Positions 13,351 through 26,349 are shown, counted from the stretch's first letter. The stretch: DNA of 64,000 nt from Vicugna vicugna (GCA_013265495.1 MU058289.1:1671451-1735450); one strand, 5' to 3'. Notes: generated from the letters alone by a model not told the origin. Numbers and translations: made by a program.

Positions 13351-13750
13351 TATAAACTGAAAATCTTGATGTCAGTGCTTTTGGGTTAAGTATAGATCAT
13401 CTGTGATTAATGATAGTTTTGCTTCTTCTTCTCTACTTTTTTTTTCTTTTTCATCCTTTTCTCTGCTGGCAGTACTGAGCAGAACTGGCAATAGTGGACA
13501 CCAGTGGTTTATTCTTTTTTTCTTCCCGTTTTATTGAGATATAATTGACATATATCACTGTGTAAGTTTAAGGTGTACTTACATGTAATGATTTGACTTA
13601 CATGTATTGTTAAATGATTACCACAATAAGTTTAGTTAGCATCCATTGGCTCATATAGATAGGGTTGTCACACATGGCCTTTATTATTTTGAGGAAATTT
13701 CCTCTTATTCCTAGTTTACTGAATATTTTTTATCATGAAAGGATGTTGAA

Positions 13751-13843
13751 TTTTTTTTTTTTAATGGAGGTACTAAGGATTCAAACTAGGACCTTGTGCA
13801 TGCTGAGCATGCGCTCTACCACTGAACTATTTGTCCCTCCCCG
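13751..13843 (-). mobile_element. tRNA-Ala-derived SINE (camelid Vic-1-like), short form
   Basis: Reverse complement reads ...tagttcagtggtagagcgcatgctcagcatgcacaaggtcc... plus poly-A. Near-TSD aagg(a)tgttgaa on both sides. Confidence 0.85.
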
Positions 13844-14774
13844 CAAGGTGTTGAACTTTGTCAAGTGCTTTTCTGTATCAATTAAGATGATCATGTGTTT
13901 TTTTTCCCCTTCATTCTATTAATACTATGTATTACACCGATTGATTTGCATATGTTGAATCATCCATACATTCTGGGAATAAATCCCACTTGGTCATAAT
14001 CCTTTGGTATACTCTACATAATCCACTTGGATAATCCTTTTAATATGCTGCGGAATTCAGTTTGCTATATTTTGTTGAGGATTTTTGCATCGATACTCAT
14101 AGGAGGTATTGATCTGTAGTTTTCTTGTAGTGTCTTTATTTCAAATAACGAAATGTTTCATCTTTTTTTTTTTGAAGAGTTTAGAAGGATTATTTTATTT
14201 CCCTCATTTTTCAGAGTCCTTTATAAATCAAGGATATTGTTCCCTTATCTGTGATATATTGCAAATGTTTCCCCCAGTTTGTTCTGTTGATTTTATGGTA
14301 AAACTAGGTAGTAGGTTTAAAAAAAAATTCCTTATATAGTCAAATTAATCAACTTTTTTCTTTCTGAATAGATTCTGAATTTTAGGTCATAGTTAGAAAG
14401 CCCTTTCCACAACTCAAGTTCAAGCAAAATTCACCCACGTTTTCTTCTGGTACTTATAGGGTTTCACTTTTATATTTGATACCTGATCCTTTCAGAGTTT
14501 ATTGTTGTGTATTGTGTGGGGGCATGGATCCAACTTAATTTTTTCTAAGTGGTTAATCAGTTGTCTTAGTACCACTTATTAAAAACATAATTTATTCTCT
14601 TGTGATTTGAAATGCCACCTTTATTGTATAATAAAATTTTACTGTACTTAGGTGTGTTTCCAGACTTCCTACTGCATTATGCTGGTCTGTCTATTCATAT
14701 GTACCAAATTGTTTTAACTATAGAATGCTTTTTAATATCTGGTAAGACTGGTCCTTCCTGTAGCACTTTGTCCC

Positions 14775-14848
14775 TCCTGCTTTCCCTCCCTTTCTTCCTT
14801 CCTTCCTTCCTCCCTCCTTTCCTTCCTTCCTTTCTCTTTCTTTCTTTA
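14775..14848. repeat. (CCTT)n/(CTTT)n pyrimidine microsatellite
   Basis: ttcttccttccttccttcctccctcctttccttccttcctttctctttctttcttt. Confidence 0.85.
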
Positions 14849-16355
14849 TATATTTTTAAAGACTTCATTTATTTTTTAAGAGCAGTTTTAGGTTCACAGC
14901 AAAATTGAGAGGAAGGTGCAGAGATTTCTCATGGATCTCCTGGCCTCACACACGTACAACCTCTCCTATTACCAACATCCCTCACCAGAGCAGTACATTT
15001 ATTATGATTGATGAATCTACATTGACGAATTATAATTAACCAAAGTCCATAGTTTACATTAGGGTTCACTCTTGGGGTTGTATAGTCTATAAGTTTGGAC
15101 ACCTTGTATCCATTATTATTGTATCATGCAGAATAGTTTCAGTGTCCTGAAAATCCCCTGTGCTTTACCTATAGCATTTTTTTTTTAGTATTTTTCTAAT
15201 CCTTTTACATTTTTATTTTTTCATATCAAGTTTAATGTCATCTTGCCTAGTTCCATAAAAAAATCTTGCTGGTGTCTTTTATTGAGACTACATTTAAATT
15301 TTAAATTAACATAGGAAGAACTGACATCTTTATGATATTTACCCATCCCTTCTAAGAACAAGGGATGTTGCTAGAAAGGATGTCTTTCCATCTGTTCAAA
15401 TCTCCTTTTATGTCTTTTAGGAATGTTTTATAAATTTTCTTACATAGGCTTTACATATTTCTTGTTAAATCTGTTCCTAAGTAGTTTATCTTCTTTGTTG
15501 TTGCTGCGAATGGAGTTTTCTCTACTGCTCACCTTTATTCTCGAAGACAATTTTTTGCTGGGTATAAATAGAGGCGGTATATGAAGATATCATGGCTTTG
15601 TACCATTGTGATAGGTTGCTAGTTACTTTCTTTCAGCACACTGACGGTATCATTCTACTGTTTCCTAGTGTCCATATTTCCTCTTGAGATATTAGCAGTC
15701 AGGCTAGCTGTTGCTCCTTTGAAGATCATGTTTCTTTCTCTGGCTCCTTTTAAGATTTTTTCTCTCTGATTTTCTGTAGTTTCACTATGATGTGTCTCGG
15801 TGTGGATTAAAAAAAATAGTTTATCCTCTTTGGGGTTTGTGAAGCTTTGTGAAGTTATAGGTGGGTGAATTTTGTAAGTTCTGGAAAATTCTCAGTCATT
15901 ATATCATCATATATTGCTTCTGCTTATTCTCTGTGTCCTTTTATCTGGAATTCTGATTAAATGTATATTAGACTTGCTCAGTGTATTCTCCAGGCTTGTT
16001 CCTTTTCATCTATATTTTATATATATTCTCTTCATGCTTCATTCTGGATAGTTGCTGCTTACCTTTGGTTTGTCAGTGTTCTCTCTTCAGCTGTGTCTAA
16101 TTTGCTGTTAAATCTATCCATTGAGCTTTTAATTTTGTTTATTGTTTTCCAGTTGTACAATTGCCATTTGATTCCTTTTCACTTCTCTGATGTCACTTTT
16201 GAAAGTATGCAGTTCTATGATGACATTGGCAACTTTTTCTTTTATTTCTTTGATCATAGTAAGCAGAGTGATTTTAGGCTCTCCAAAAACCCTGGTATCT
16301 ACAGTTCTTGTGTTAAAGTCTATCTGTTGTCTCTTTTTTTCCCCTGCTGGTTCTT

Positions 16356-16526
16356 TTTTTTTTTTTTTTTAAATTTTTTTAAAGTGGCAGTTTCTTTTTC
16401 TTTATTTATTTTGGGGCAGGTAATTAGGCTTATTTATTTTTTAATGGCAGTACTGGGGATTGAACCCAGGACCTCATGCATGCTAAGCAGGCACTCTACC
16501 ACTGAGCTATACCCTCCCACCCACCA
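16356..16526 (-). mobile_element. tRNA-Ala-derived SINE, long form
   Basis: gtactggggattgaacccaggacctcatgcatgctaagcaggcactctaccactgagctataccc with the tail ggtaattaggcttattt. TSD ctggttctt. Confidence 0.9.
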
Positions 16527-17696
16527 CTGGTTCTTGATGACAGGGTCTCTTCTACCCCCTTGAGTGCTTAGTTCTCTTTGACTGTATTCTGGTCATGTTA
16601 TTTGAAAACCTATTCGTGGGAAAATTTTGAGTCATAGAACAATTGAATCTTCTTCCAGAGAGAATTTTTGTTTGCTTTACCAGTAGTCTGCAGGCCCTAC
16701 CAGTTTAGGACTACCTTACAGCAAGTTCAAGGTTTGAGGTTTTCAGAATTACCCAGAAAAAGCAAAGGCTTGAGGTCTTGTCCTAGCTTAAATGGAGGAG
16801 TGTTTATCAGACTTTCTGCTTTATATGGATCTAGCGTTCATTTTTATCTCCCTTATTTCATAACTTAATTCAGTTTTGTATTTTTGCCTTATAAATTGTT
16901 AAATGCCATCCAGATAAAAGGCATATTGAACGCTAGGTTATTTCTCTGGGTTCTAACCTCCTAGATTTTGGTTCAGTAATTCTTCATTCTCTTTTTAGCT
17001 GGCCTCCGCTTTTAAGAAGATTTAAAAAATCATGTTTAATTCAGCTTTATTAGTTATCCTTGGAGGATTGTTTTGAATTACCTAACCTGGTTGTTCTTCA
17101 TGGGTCACTTTTGGGGACTGTCTTTTGTTGTGAGCATCCAATTTTATTGCATTGTGGTTTTGGAATGTTCTTTATATGATATCGATTCTTTTCTTCCCCC
17201 CAGCCTTTCTTTGTGAAAAGGTATATGTTCTTCTTTTTGTTATCTGTTTCATGTTGGTAGAAAATAACGTGTATTCTGTAATTGTCAGGTACAGGGTTCT
17301 GTATTTTTCCTTTATTTCAAGCTTATGATTTATAACGTTTAAATCTTCTATCATTACAAATTTTTAAAGATCTTTTTGATCTGTCAGTTTCTCAAAGTGG
17401 TCATTTAAATCTTTCATTATCATATTTGCTTTATATATTTTACACATTTATGTATATTTACTTTGTTAGATATAAGCAAGTTAAAGATTGTTATGCCTTT
17501 ACGCCTTCCTGGCAATTTTTTCCTTTTATTATTATTTGATGCCCCTTTATCACTTTTTAAAAAAATATCCATTCTGTCTGTTTATAATACTGCTGTTCTT
17601 GGTTTCTTTTGGCTTTTCTTTTTCCTGCTCTTCATTTTCTCTTAATGTACTTTTGTTATAGATATGTTTCTGGGAAACACCATATAGCTGGATTTT

Positions 17697-18055
17697 AATT
17701 TTTATTATTGTGGTAAAATATACATAGCATAACACTTAACATTTTAACTATTTTAAGCATACATTTCAGTGGCATTAAATACATTCACAATGTTGTTCGA
17801 CTGTCACCACCATCCATCTTCAGATTTTTTTTTTATCTTTCCAAATTGAAACTCTGTATTCATTAAATAATAACTCTCCATTCTTTCCTCCTCCCAGCCC
17901 CTGACAACCACCATTCTACTTTCTGTCTCAATAAATTGAGTACTCAAGGTTCCTCATGTAAGTGGAGTCACACACTATTTCTCTTTATGTATTTAGTTTA
18001 TTTCACTTACCATAATACCTTCAAAGTTCATCCATGTTGTAGCGTGGGCCAGAAT
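17697..18055 (-). mobile_element. L1MB-like 3' end
   Basis: attgtggtaaaatatac..cagtggcattaaatacattcacaatg..cccagcccctgacaaccaccattctactttctgtctc. Confidence 0.8.
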
Positions 18056-18112
18056 TTTGGATTAAAATTTTTTTTTATGAAATAGAAAATGAAATAGAGA
18101 AATAGTACAATC

Positions 18113-18490
18113 CTTTTTTTAAACATTTTTTAATTGAGTAATAGTCATTTTACCATGTTGTGTCAAATTCCAGTGTAGAGCATAATTTTTCAGTTATACA
18201 TGAACATACATATATTCATTGTCACATTTCTTTTTCGCTGTGAGCTACCACAAGATCTTGTGTATAATTCCCTGTGCTATACAGTATAATCTTGTTTATC
18301 TATTCTACATTTTGAAATCCCAGTCTGTCCCTTCCCACCCCCCGCCCCCTCGGCAACCACAAGTTTGTATTCTATGTCTATGAGTCTGTTTCTGTTTTGT
18401 ATTTATGTTGTTTGTTTGTTTATTTTTAGATTCCACATATGAGTGATCTCATATGGTATTTTCCTTTCTCTTTCTGGCTTACTTCACTTA
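18113..18490 (-). mobile_element. Young camelid-type L1 3' end
   Basis: catgaacatacatatattcatt..tgagctaccacaagatcttgt..gattccacatatgagtgatctcatatgg. Closely matches the plus-strand copy at 36277-36844. Confidence 0.9.
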
Positions 18491-19144
18491 AGCTGGGCCA
18501 GCAAGGGGCAAATGATATAGCAGTGGTCCCACTTTTGTGGGAATGATGAATAGGATAACTGGTCCTTCATTCTGGAAATAGTCTCCCAATTAGCCATCCT
18601 GACAGGGGCCTTGTCAGGTCATGTCTTGTCTGAACTGGGAACCACGTGGAAGCTCCCAGATGTACCACCTCATCCTCCTACTGGAGTGCCAGACCATCCA
18701 CTGCTGTACATTGGTTTGCTTTTTTATTTAATTAATCAATTAGTGAATTAAATTTTACCCATTCACTTTATATATTCCAGAAGCGTTTCAAATTTTCAAA
18801 AATTTTAAATAGCATCCTTTCTGTTTTAATGTTTTATTCAATTTATTCTTTTTCTTCAGTCATAGTCAAAAGACTATAACATTCCTAGTTAGAAGAATAT
18901 ATATTTCTTCTGATGTGAAATCTAACTCATTATCATGAACCAGAAGTTCCTTTGAGGTATATGTATGATTTTTATTTCTTTTAAAAATATTTTGAATTCA
19001 GATATTAATTAATTATATTAAAATATTTTTATATATTTAGCCACTCAAATAATATATGCTGAATAAAAATGTTTATTAGTATTATGAATATTATACAAAC
19101 ACTGTGGATAGAAAATATCAATGTTTCTCTTGTTCTTCATGAAT

Positions 19145-19325
19145 TTTTAAAAATTGTAGTAAAATACACATAACGTGAAATTGATGATTTTAACCATTTT
19201 TAAGTGTACAGTTCTGCAGTACTAAGTACATTCATATTGTTCTGTAATCATCATCACCATCCTTCTCCAGAACTTCTTTATCTTTTCAAATTGAACTGTG
19301 TACCCATTAACACTAACTCCCCATC
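19145..19325 (-). mobile_element. L1MB-like 3' end fragment
   Basis: attgtagtaaaatacacataac..ttaaccatttttaagtgtacagttc..ctgtgtacccattaa. Confidence 0.7.
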
Positions 19326-19711
19326 TTCAAAGGTTTATTGGTGTGTACACTTTGAGTACTTTCTTGAAAGTAACTACAATTTTATATCCTGCCAAATTTA
19401 AATTCATAACTGTGGTTTTTAATTTTTAAATTCAAACCAAAGCCAGACAACCTGGGACATATACAACATATACAAATACATATAGAAAGAACTAAAACAA
19501 AATAAAAATGTTTATCTTTGCTACATGTAATAAATCTAATATTTTCAGTCTTAATCTATTTTGTTTTGCTAAAAGATGCTATTTGAGACCCTTTACATTC
19601 ATTTTATATTCTATTTGTAAGATCACTTCTTGCAAATTAAACAATGCATTACATAATGAAGTTGTAGAGAGAAACCAGCAGTGTAAATAAAGATGAATCT
19701 TAAATGGTAGT

Positions 19712-19890
19712 GTTAGTGGTATGCTCTAAAAAGAAGAAGCCCTGAATTATATAGTGTTTGTTGATTTCCATGGAGTAAATGCTCCCTCCATGGCCAATTT
19801 CAAGCTACCGGTAGTTTAACTTACAAAATGCCTGGTATTTTAACAATCTGCTGCTGTGAGTTGGTACAAGCTGCTTCTAGCTCACTGGTG
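19712..19890. mobile_element. hAT DNA transposon MITE, MER63-like
   Basis: agtggtatgct..gatttccatggagtaaatgctccctccatggccaatttcaagctacc..tttaacaatc..ggtacaagc. Confidence 0.6.
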
Positions 19891-19904
19891 GTTCTAGAGC
19901 TTTA

Positions 19905-20330
19905 TTTTTTAATAATTTTTAAAAAATTGAAGTATAGTCAGTTACAGTGTGTCAATTTCTGGTGTACAGTACAATGTCCCAGTCATGCATATATATACAT
20001 ATATTCATTTTCATATTTTTTCATTAAAGGTTATTACAAGATATTGAACATAGTTCCCTGTGCTATACAGAAGAAATTTTTAGTAATCTATTTTTATATA
20101 TAGTAGTTAACATTTGCAGATCTCAAACTCCCAAATTTATCCCTTCTCACCCCCTTTCCCCTGGTAACCATAAAATTGTTTACTATGTCTGCAAGTCTGT
20201 TTCTGTTTTGTAGATGAGTTCATTAGTGTCCTCTTTTTTCCTTTTTTTCAGATTCCACATATGAGTGATATCATATGGCATTTTTCTTTCTCTTTCTGAC
20301 TTACTTCACTTAGAATGATGATCCATCCAT
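19905..20330 (-). mobile_element. L1 3' end with TSD
   Basis: L1 3' UTR sequence. TSD tagagcttta at 19895-19904 and 20331-20340. Confidence 0.9.
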
Positions 20331-20838
20331 TAGAGCTTTAGTTTTGAAGTCAAAAAGTTTTCTCTCAAAACCTGAGAAATGTCCATAGGATATACAATAA
20401 TATCTGTACAATAAGAAATACAGATTACAAACCTTAAAAGAGAGTAGACATGAAATAGATTAGCATAAGTAAAACTCAGTTGTCAGGTTTTCCTGAATCC
20501 TTCAGAATTCAGTATTTACCATTTTCACACACAGCTCTCTGTTAATATGGCAATTTTCTAAGAGAATCTTGTTTTATTTTGGAAATCAAAGCATAACAAA
20601 TATTAATTTGTTAGCAAGGACAAAATAATCTTTGGGAAGAAATAATTCTTAGACACTTGTTTTTACTAAAAAAAACTGCATCAAGTCAAACATTTGTCAT
20701 GGGATAGTTTTGTTTTATTAAAATTAATTTCAGCTGTTTCTTTAAAATTTTAAAAATTTGGCTTACCAGAACATAAAATTACACATGGGCTTACGCTGTA
20801 TTTCTGTTGAACAGTACTGGTCTAAAGAATGTATTTTA

Positions 20839-20948
20839 TTTTATTTTTTAGGTTTATTTATTTATTTTAGTGGAGGTACTGGGGATTGAACCCAGGATCT
20901 CATGCATGCTGAGTACACACTGTACCACTGATCTATACACTCCCCCAC
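20839..20948 (-). mobile_element. tRNA-Ala-derived SINE
   Basis: tggaggtactggggattgaacccagg..catgcatgctgag. TSD aaaga(a)tgtatttta. Confidence 0.85.
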
Positions 20949-20949
20949 A

Positions 20950-21660
20950 AAAGATGTATTTTAGACAAAAGTAAAGTGATCCCAGATGGAAGTCTGAAAT
21001 ACAACAAAAACTGAAGAGCAAAGAAAATAATAAATACGTGGTTAAACCTGGACAAAGATGATTGTCCAAGCAACAATAAGGGTTTGGGGATCAAAAAACA
21101 AGACAGAATAAAAACATATGACAGCATAGCTTGTAAGTCTGGGGCAGGAGTAATTAGGGCTAGTGTGATCTGGAATCCTCTGTTGTTCCAGAGGAGCACC
21201 AAGTTAGCCTTGGATAAGCTAATGATGTATGTTAAAATATCTAGGATTACCTCTAAAAGCATATAGAGTATACAATTGCCTAAGTAGTAGAGTAAAAGAA
21301 TGGAATGGAAAGTGGAAAGCAGTTCCTAAAAAAAAAAAAAAAAGCAAGAAGGGAGAGAAAAAGCATAGGACAGATAGCATAAATGAAGATTTGGGAATTA
21401 AATTTATCTATATATAAAATTACAATAAGTGTAAATAGGGTAAATGTTACAATTGAAAGACAAAGACTATCTGACAAGATTTAAAAAATTATTTTAAAAA
21501 TTAGCCATTTATAAGAGGTACATCTAAAGCCTAAGTACATAGAAAGGTTGAAAGCAAAAGAATGGCAAACGATCTATAATGCAAATACCAAAAGAAAGAT
21601 TAATAGCAGATAAGGTAGATTTTTAAAACAACAAAAAATTACTAACGGAACAGATTATGA
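20950..21660 (+). mobile_element. Very old L1 (L1M) ORF1/ORF2-junction remnant
   Basis: aattacaataagtgtaaatagg..ttgaaagacaaagactatc..gaaaggttgaaagcaaaagaatgg resembles the start of the L1 endonuclease region. Confidence 0.55.
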
Positions 21661-21920
21661 CATAAATTATAGTGAACAGTATCAATCCTGTCACACATTT
21701 TCCACCCACTCCCTGCCCCACAGTTGACATTATGCTTTCAAGGTTTATCTAATTGGCATGTGTTTTCTATGGATATCAGCATTCCCTGCTGGATGCATGG
21801 AAGCTCCTCCCTCCTCCCCACCTCAGGAATTTAGGGATATTGGGATGCCTACATTGACTTGTAGGTTCCAATGGATGTGAAATACAGTTACTCACATTGT
21901 CAACATCAAAAATAGTCCCC

Positions 21921-23190
21921 GAAAGGAAAAAGCTCCTTGACGTTGGACTTGGCAGTCGTTTCCTGGATATGACACCAAAAGCACAAGGAACAAGAGCAAA
22001 AGCCAATAAGTGGGACTATATCATACTAAAAAGCTTCTGCATATCAAAAGGAACAATTAACAAAATAGAAAGGCAACCTATGGAATGGGAGAAAATATTT
22101 GCAATTCATATCTGAGAAGAGGTTAATATCCAAAATATATACATAACTCATACAACTCAATAACAGCAACAACACCCGAAACATCTAATTAAAAAATGGG
22201 CAGAGGAGCTGAATAGACATTTTTCCAAAGCAGATATACAAATGGCCATCAGGTACAAGGAAAGTGCTCAACATCACAAGTCAGCAGAGAAATGCAAATT
22301 AAAACCACAATGAGATATCACCTCATACCTGTTAAAATGACTGTCATCAAAAAGATAGCAAGTGTTGGTGAGGATGTGGAGAAAAGGAAATCTTTTTGCA
22401 CTGTTGGTGGGAATGTAAATTGGTACAACCACTATGGAAAACAGTATGGAGGCTCCTCAAAAAATTAAAAATAGAACTACCATATGATCCAGCAGTAGTC
22501 CCACTTTTGGGTATAAATCCAAAAGAAATGAAAACAGGATCTCAAAACAATATCTGTACCCTCATGTTCATTGCAGCATTGTTCACAATAGCTGAGATAG
22601 GAAAAAATGTGTCCATCAACAGGTGGATGGATAAAAAATGATACATACACACACACAGACACACACACACGCACTAGAATATTATTCAGCCTGAGAAAGA
22701 AGTAAATCCTGCCGTTTGTGACAGCTTGAATGAACCTTGAAGACATTATGCGAAGTGAAATAAGTCAGATAGAAACAGACAAATACTGTATGATATCACT
22801 TACATGTATAGTCTAAAAAAGCTGAATTCAGAAAGAGAGAGCAGAGTCATGGTTACCAGGAGCTGGGTGGGTGGTGGAGGGGATGGAGAGATATTGGATC
22901 AAAAAACATTCAGTTGTAAAATTATCAAGTTCTGGGGATCTAATGTACAACATGGTGATTAATGTACATGGTGATATGCAGCTAATAATACTGTATTATA
23001 CTTGAAAGTTGCTAAGAGAGATCGTAAATGTTTTCACCACTAAAAGGAAATAGTAATTATGTAACAGGATGGAGGTATTAGCTAAGGCCAAGGTTGTCGT
23101 CCTACTGCAATATATAAATGTGTCAAATCAGCACATTTAAACTTAAACAATGTTATATGGCAACTTCATCTAAGTAAAGCTGGAAAAAAA
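21921..23190 (+). mobile_element. L1MA9-like element: ORF2 C-terminus plus 3' UTR
   Basis: Translations FLDMTPKAQ..KWDYI.LKSFC..WEKIFA and [31 protein letters not shown] match the L1 ORF2 C-terminus. 3' UTR gaaagttgctaagagag; ends taaagctggaaaaaaa. Frameshifted. Confidence 0.9.
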
Positions 23191-23249
23191 TAAGTAAGAC
23201 AGTAAAATGATAAAAATTTCTGGAAGGAGACAACCTTGGGTTTGGTTTG

Positions 23250-23483
23250 GAGTGAAAAAGAGTGAAGGTGGGGGTGGCGGCTCTGGTTTTTACTGTGGTT
23301 AAGGCGGCGGAGGGAGGGTTCCACCAAGGGGCATGTTGATTTAAACTTCCCTGCCAGCTCCAAGGGAGGGTGCCTGGGCTTTCTTATAGGTTGGCCTAGA
23401 TGTGCGGCAGAAGGGAAAGGGGGAGTGCTGGGTCTTGAATGCTGTCAGTGGTCAAACATCAAAATAGTCAGACTCTTTATTAC
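23250..23483 (-). mobile_element. ERVL-type LTR fragment (MER76-like, tentative)
   Basis: Reverse complement begins gtaataaagagtctgact..gatgtttgaccactgacagc. Confidence 0.45.
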
Positions 23484-23764
23484 TGTGTTCGTAGATCTAA
23501 TTTATTTATTTATTTATTTTAACTAGCCTATAGCATTCTATCATGTAAAAGAAACCTCTCAATTTCTCTACTGAGGAACCAGTAGGTGTTGTATACTTTT
23601 TTTTTTTAACTACTAGACACAGTTCTGCAGTGAACATCTCTGTACAGAATCAGGGAGATGCCAGGATGAGGAGTCACTGAGTCAGAAGGTGTCCTGATCT
23701 TCAGGTGTACCAAATGTTCTTCAGTGTAATTGTATCGACTTACACTTCCATATCTTGAAGCAGT

Positions 23765-24515
23765 GAAGTTTACGTTTTGTTCTAAGGGTGGTGCGAGGCC
23801 ATTGGAGGGCTTAAATGGAAGAATGATACGATCTGATTAACAGAAAAGTAACTGGCTGCTTTATGGGGACTTGGGGGATGGTAAGCAGGAGTGGAAGCAG
23901 GGGGACAATTACAAGGCTATTGTAATAATCTGGGTGAGAGACAATTGGACGTTGGGTGGGGGGTGGTACTGGTGGAGATGGTGATGGATGGTAGAATTCA
24001 GGATGTACTCTGAAGATAGAGTTTGCAGAACCTCCGCTGCAGTGGCTGTGGGCTGTGACAGAATGAGTTCTAGTTTTTAGTCTCACTGATGAAATGGGGA
24101 AGACGGGGGTGGGCAAAAGGGGATTGGGGGGTTGGGGCTGTTTTGGCTGGGTCAAGTTTGAAATACCTATTAGACATACATGTGGAAATGTGGAACAGGC
24201 AACTTGCTATGTGTGCTGGGAACTCAGGGGAGAGGTAGGAGCTGGAGCCGCAGGTGCGGATGAGACTACCTAGGTGTGTGGAGAGAGATGAGAAGAGGTT
24301 TTCAGACTGAGCCCTGTGGAACTCGAACAGTTTGAAACCAGGAATGGAAGAAGACCTAGCGAGGGAAACAGAGGTGGAGACCAGAGAAAACTGAAGTAAA
24401 ACCAGGAGAGTATGGTGAGCCAGGAGCCACACGAAGACAGTGCTTTAAGAAGAAGGGAAAAATCGCTGTGTCAAATGCTGCTGATAGATTATAAGATGAG
24501 CACTGAGAATAGACC
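23765..24515 (-). mobile_element. L2 ORF2 remnant
   Basis: Minus-frame peptides SPEFPAHIASCLFHISTCMSNRYFKL and IVSHPDYYNSL resemble the L2 RT-region motifs (ISTWMSNRHLKLN; ISRLDYCNSL). Confidence 0.85.
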
Positions 24516-25315
24516 CAAATCATCTGAGCCTTTTGGTTACTTTTTAGCTTTGATTTTCCTCTATTTTGACACCTTAATTGTAGTCCTCAGTATTTGTTAA
24601 TATTTTTACGGGGGAATCAAAACCCACCCTGCAACCCCCATCCCATTCTAAGTGTATCATTAGACCTAGAATAAAAAAAGATTAAAGAATTGAAAAGTGC
24701 TCGAGGCCTCGTATCTGTTGGTAGCCATTTAACCTACCCCATAGTGGCATCCTGGTGTCAAGCAGCTGTGTATATTTTTAAAAAGCCCATCCGAATGCTC
24801 TCGAGGGCTTTTTATATCACGAGTTAGAACTGCCTGGAAGATCTGATTGGCCCAGTTCCACAAACAGGGTTCCAATAGGTTTTAAAGCCTTCTGTCTCAT
24901 TTCTTTCTGCATTTGTTATTAGCTCAATAAATAATAAATAGAGGAATTACCCAGTCACTAATTTGCTTTTTTATCAAGCAGAGTTCATGTTTTAATAAAC
25001 TGCCTTTTTTTTGTATTTTCGAACATGCGCTATAATATGCCTGTAATTCAAACACAAAACTTTTTATTATAGTATTTGTTTCCTTGCCCTTACATATTTT
25101 CTTCAGCTATAGATTTTAGCAGGATGTTTGATCACTGATTGCTTCTCTAGTCCCATTCTTGTGATGGCTTTTAGTAAAATGTTTGCTTTCTTCTTGAATT
25201 ATTGCATTTAAAAGTTATTATTTATCTTCCTCTGATCAGGAGAGTGACAAATGATACCCTTATAAAGATTCCTGAATTTCCTTTGTTTTGGGCTACTGCC
25301 ACGTTTTAGGAAACA

Positions 25316-25393
25316 TTGGGTTGAGCTATTTGAAATTGCTGGTATTTGACCATTTTGGATACAGAAATGGCAGTTTCAAATGGCTCAACCTAA
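25316..25393. mobile_element. MADE2-like Tc1/mariner MITE
   Basis: 78 bp with ~25-bp terminal inverted repeats ttgggttgagctatttgaaattgct and ggcagtttcaaatggctcaacctaa. Confidence 0.8.
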
Positions 25394-26074
25394 CACTCAT
25401 TTGCTTGAGTAATAGTTCCTAACGTGCACTCAGCCTTTTCATGAAATGTCTGGCTTTTAGTTGTCACAGATTAATTTGACTAGAGCTTGGATAGTTTTCT
25501 CGAAACTGTTCCCAGTTTTCTTTTCTCTTTTCTCAAAAGTATAGCTTCCTTGGCTTCTCCGCCCTCTCCTTTAACGGCTCCGAACCACAGGCCACTTTTG
25601 CCTTTTTTGCGTTACATTCTGAAGTTGCTAAAACCTGCACAAAAGTAGCAATGAGACTTCACTTTTAGAAGAAAAGTTGTCTTTGGATATGAATGTCCAA
25701 GGTGCTTTAGTTTATAGCCCTGTGGATATTTGCAGGTTGTTTTCAACTTTATTAAAGCTGCTGCCTGTCTTGGTCTGGGCGGGGGCACCTTGCCTTGCCC
25801 AGCTAGCCTTCCTGCTTCCTTCTCATGCACCCTCTCTGTCCTTTGGAGGGATGTCCTTTTCCCTTCCACTCTGCTATTCCTTCTTCTCTATCTCCCCTGC
25901 TGGTCCTTTATTTCAGGCCCCTCCTCTTCTTGTGGGTGGAATAATAATGGTAATAAAAATAGCTCCCATTTACAGAGGATTTTGTGCCAGACACACATTC
26001 TGCATTCTACACATATTTGCTCATCTAATCTTCCCAATAACCCTATGGTGCTAGTATTACATCCACTTAGAGAT

Positions 26075-26240
26075 GAGGCAGAATTTGTAGGGCCCAATGC
26101 AAAATGAAAATATGGGTCCCTTGTTTAAAAATTACTAAGAATTTCCAGAGAGGGACAGCAGGGCATTAAACTAAGTGCATATCCCATCCAAGTGTGAGAC
26201 TTTCTGCAACTGCACAGGTGGCAGGCCAGTGAACTTGTCC
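26075..26240 (-). mobile_element. MER45A-like hAT-Tip100 MITE within a MIR
   Basis: gggcccaatgcaaaatgaaaat..cccttgtttaaaaattactaagaatttc..gacagcagggcattaaac..ctgcacaggt. Confidence 0.75.
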
Positions 26241-26349
26241 CGAGGTGAGGAGTCTGAGGCAGAGGGTGGTGAAGTGAAAGTCTCACCTTAGGACGTGATG
26301 AACTTGCATTAAACCCAGGTCTACAGACTCCCCAGGCTGACCTAACTGC

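Larger units (their letters stand above)
13370..16900 (-). mobile_element. Patchwork of old L1 fragments (ORF2 and 3' UTR remnants; an L1MC1-like 3' end at about 14850-15170)
   Basis: ataaatcccacttggtcat; attttgttgaggatttttgcatc; agcagttttaggttcacagcaaaattgag; ggaagaactgacatcttt. Confidence 0.65.

Noticed and set aside
15961..16563. Longest ORF (200 aa, hydrophobic)
   Set aside because: Runs through T-rich antisense L1 sequence, a poly-T tract and a SINE; no protein-like features.
21897..22641. ORFs resembling a reverse-transcriptase-associated protein
   Set aside because: Frameshifted L1 ORF2 C-terminal remnants, not a functional CDS.
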